A DNA stretch of 64,000 nt from Octopus sinensis (lineage: Eukaryota). The notes below the pieces were generated by a model. That model saw nothing but the letters and a program-made list of their open reading frames with translations. It searched no databases and was not told where the DNA came from. Of this stretch, positions 63,446-64,000 are shown piece by piece. The translations under genes were made by a program, and so were the position numbers. Where the stretch lies: the NCBI RefSeq assembly GCF_006345805.1, contig NC_042997.1:195424001-195488000 (forward strand), read 5' to 3'. Position 1 is the first letter of the stretch. Every line of letters starts with the position of its first letter.

Positions 63446-63504
63446 ATTCAGCTACGTTATTTTTCATATATATTCTCCTTTTATTGATTTTCTTAATAAA
63501 GTAC

Positions 63505-64000
63505 GGTGCTTCTTTAGAAGCGTACGTCTCCAAGAAAATGACGCTTACTTGTAAAAAAAGTTAGTAAAATGGGAGATATATACCAAATATATAAAGTATG
63601 CAAAAAATTAGGAAGATTCATCTATTTCTAAATATTTTATACTAAAATATAAAGTAAACGGAAAATGGGCACTCGCGAATATATACAAACATGTCGGACG
63701 ATACAAGAGGCGGTAACTTACTTTTACCAATTAGATATTATCATTGATTCAAGGGGCCCAACAATATCGTCTGCGAATTTCACAATCTTTTTCTTAAAAG
63801 TCAGTTTATATCTAATATATATTATTATGTCAAATTTTGTGCCTGAATGGGAAATTTTTAATGCTATGACCCTATTTCGTCCCCGAAGAGATTTGAGAAC
63901 AACAAAAAAAGCCATTGACCAGTGTAGAAAATTTGGATTACTATCAAATCAAGAAATTTGTTGTGGAGTGCCATAATTTGCATACGTCTTAAACATATTT
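63505..64000 (+). mobile_element. Second copy of the Merlin-like element at the equivalent site, cut by the window end
   Basis: TAAAGTAC (63497-63504) then GGTGCTTCTTTAGAAG; the same remnant peptide ends ORF 63665-63976. Confidence 0.8.

Larger units (their letters stand above)
29830..64000 (+). repeat. Tandem tRNA-His array; units = Tc1 relic + tRNA-His + SINE B fragments; continues past the window end
   Basis: 25 same-strand copies with homologous spacers; periodicities of ~1.17 kb, ~2.03 kb and ~6.08 kb. Confidence 0.95.

Noticed and set aside
29830-64000. Array as a CRISPR locus or bacterial-type system
   Set aside because: The repeats are 72-nt tRNA genes with homologous kb-scale spacers, not short direct repeats with unique spacers. 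There are no cas-like ORFs, and the context is eukaryotic.
29830-64000. tRNA-His copies as SINE heads
   Set aside because: The copies retain a full cloverleaf, their own upstream flank and a T-run terminator, have no SINE tail or TSD, and were copied along with upstream DNA, which points to DNA-level duplication.

Overview
Eukaryotic, microsatellite-rich, AT-rich DNA. The SINE families are those I associate with octopus genomes, which is an inference from recall. The first ~17 kb hold one credible protein-coding ORF (1391-2776, CCDC190-like termini) among SINEs, a LINE relic, Helitron derivatives, MITEs and tandem duplications. From 17.6 kb to the window end the dominant feature is a tRNA-His(GUG) gene cluster with 30 full-length copies counted by eye: 13 identical, 9 near-intact variants and 8 degenerate. 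It comprises one isolated copy, two head-to-head pairs, and a same-strand tandem array from ~29.8 kb to beyond 64 kb with ~1.17-kb units, ~2.03-kb units in a ~6.08-kb three-monomer higher-order repeat, and a duplicated ~3.3-kb block. In the array each tRNA sits inside a decayed Tc1 (DD34E-spaced) transposase, between its N-terminal core and its C-terminal part. Copies share a fixed-position upstream TCTAGATA motif (-46..-39) and a downstream GATATCGC-W-GCGATATC palindrome. A Merlin-like element (8-bp TSD) and a Helitron (A|T site) inserted later, and empty sites are visible in sister units. Nearly all other ORFs in the track are microsatellite or repeat read-throughs. All coordinates and counts were read manually, with no alignments or database searches.
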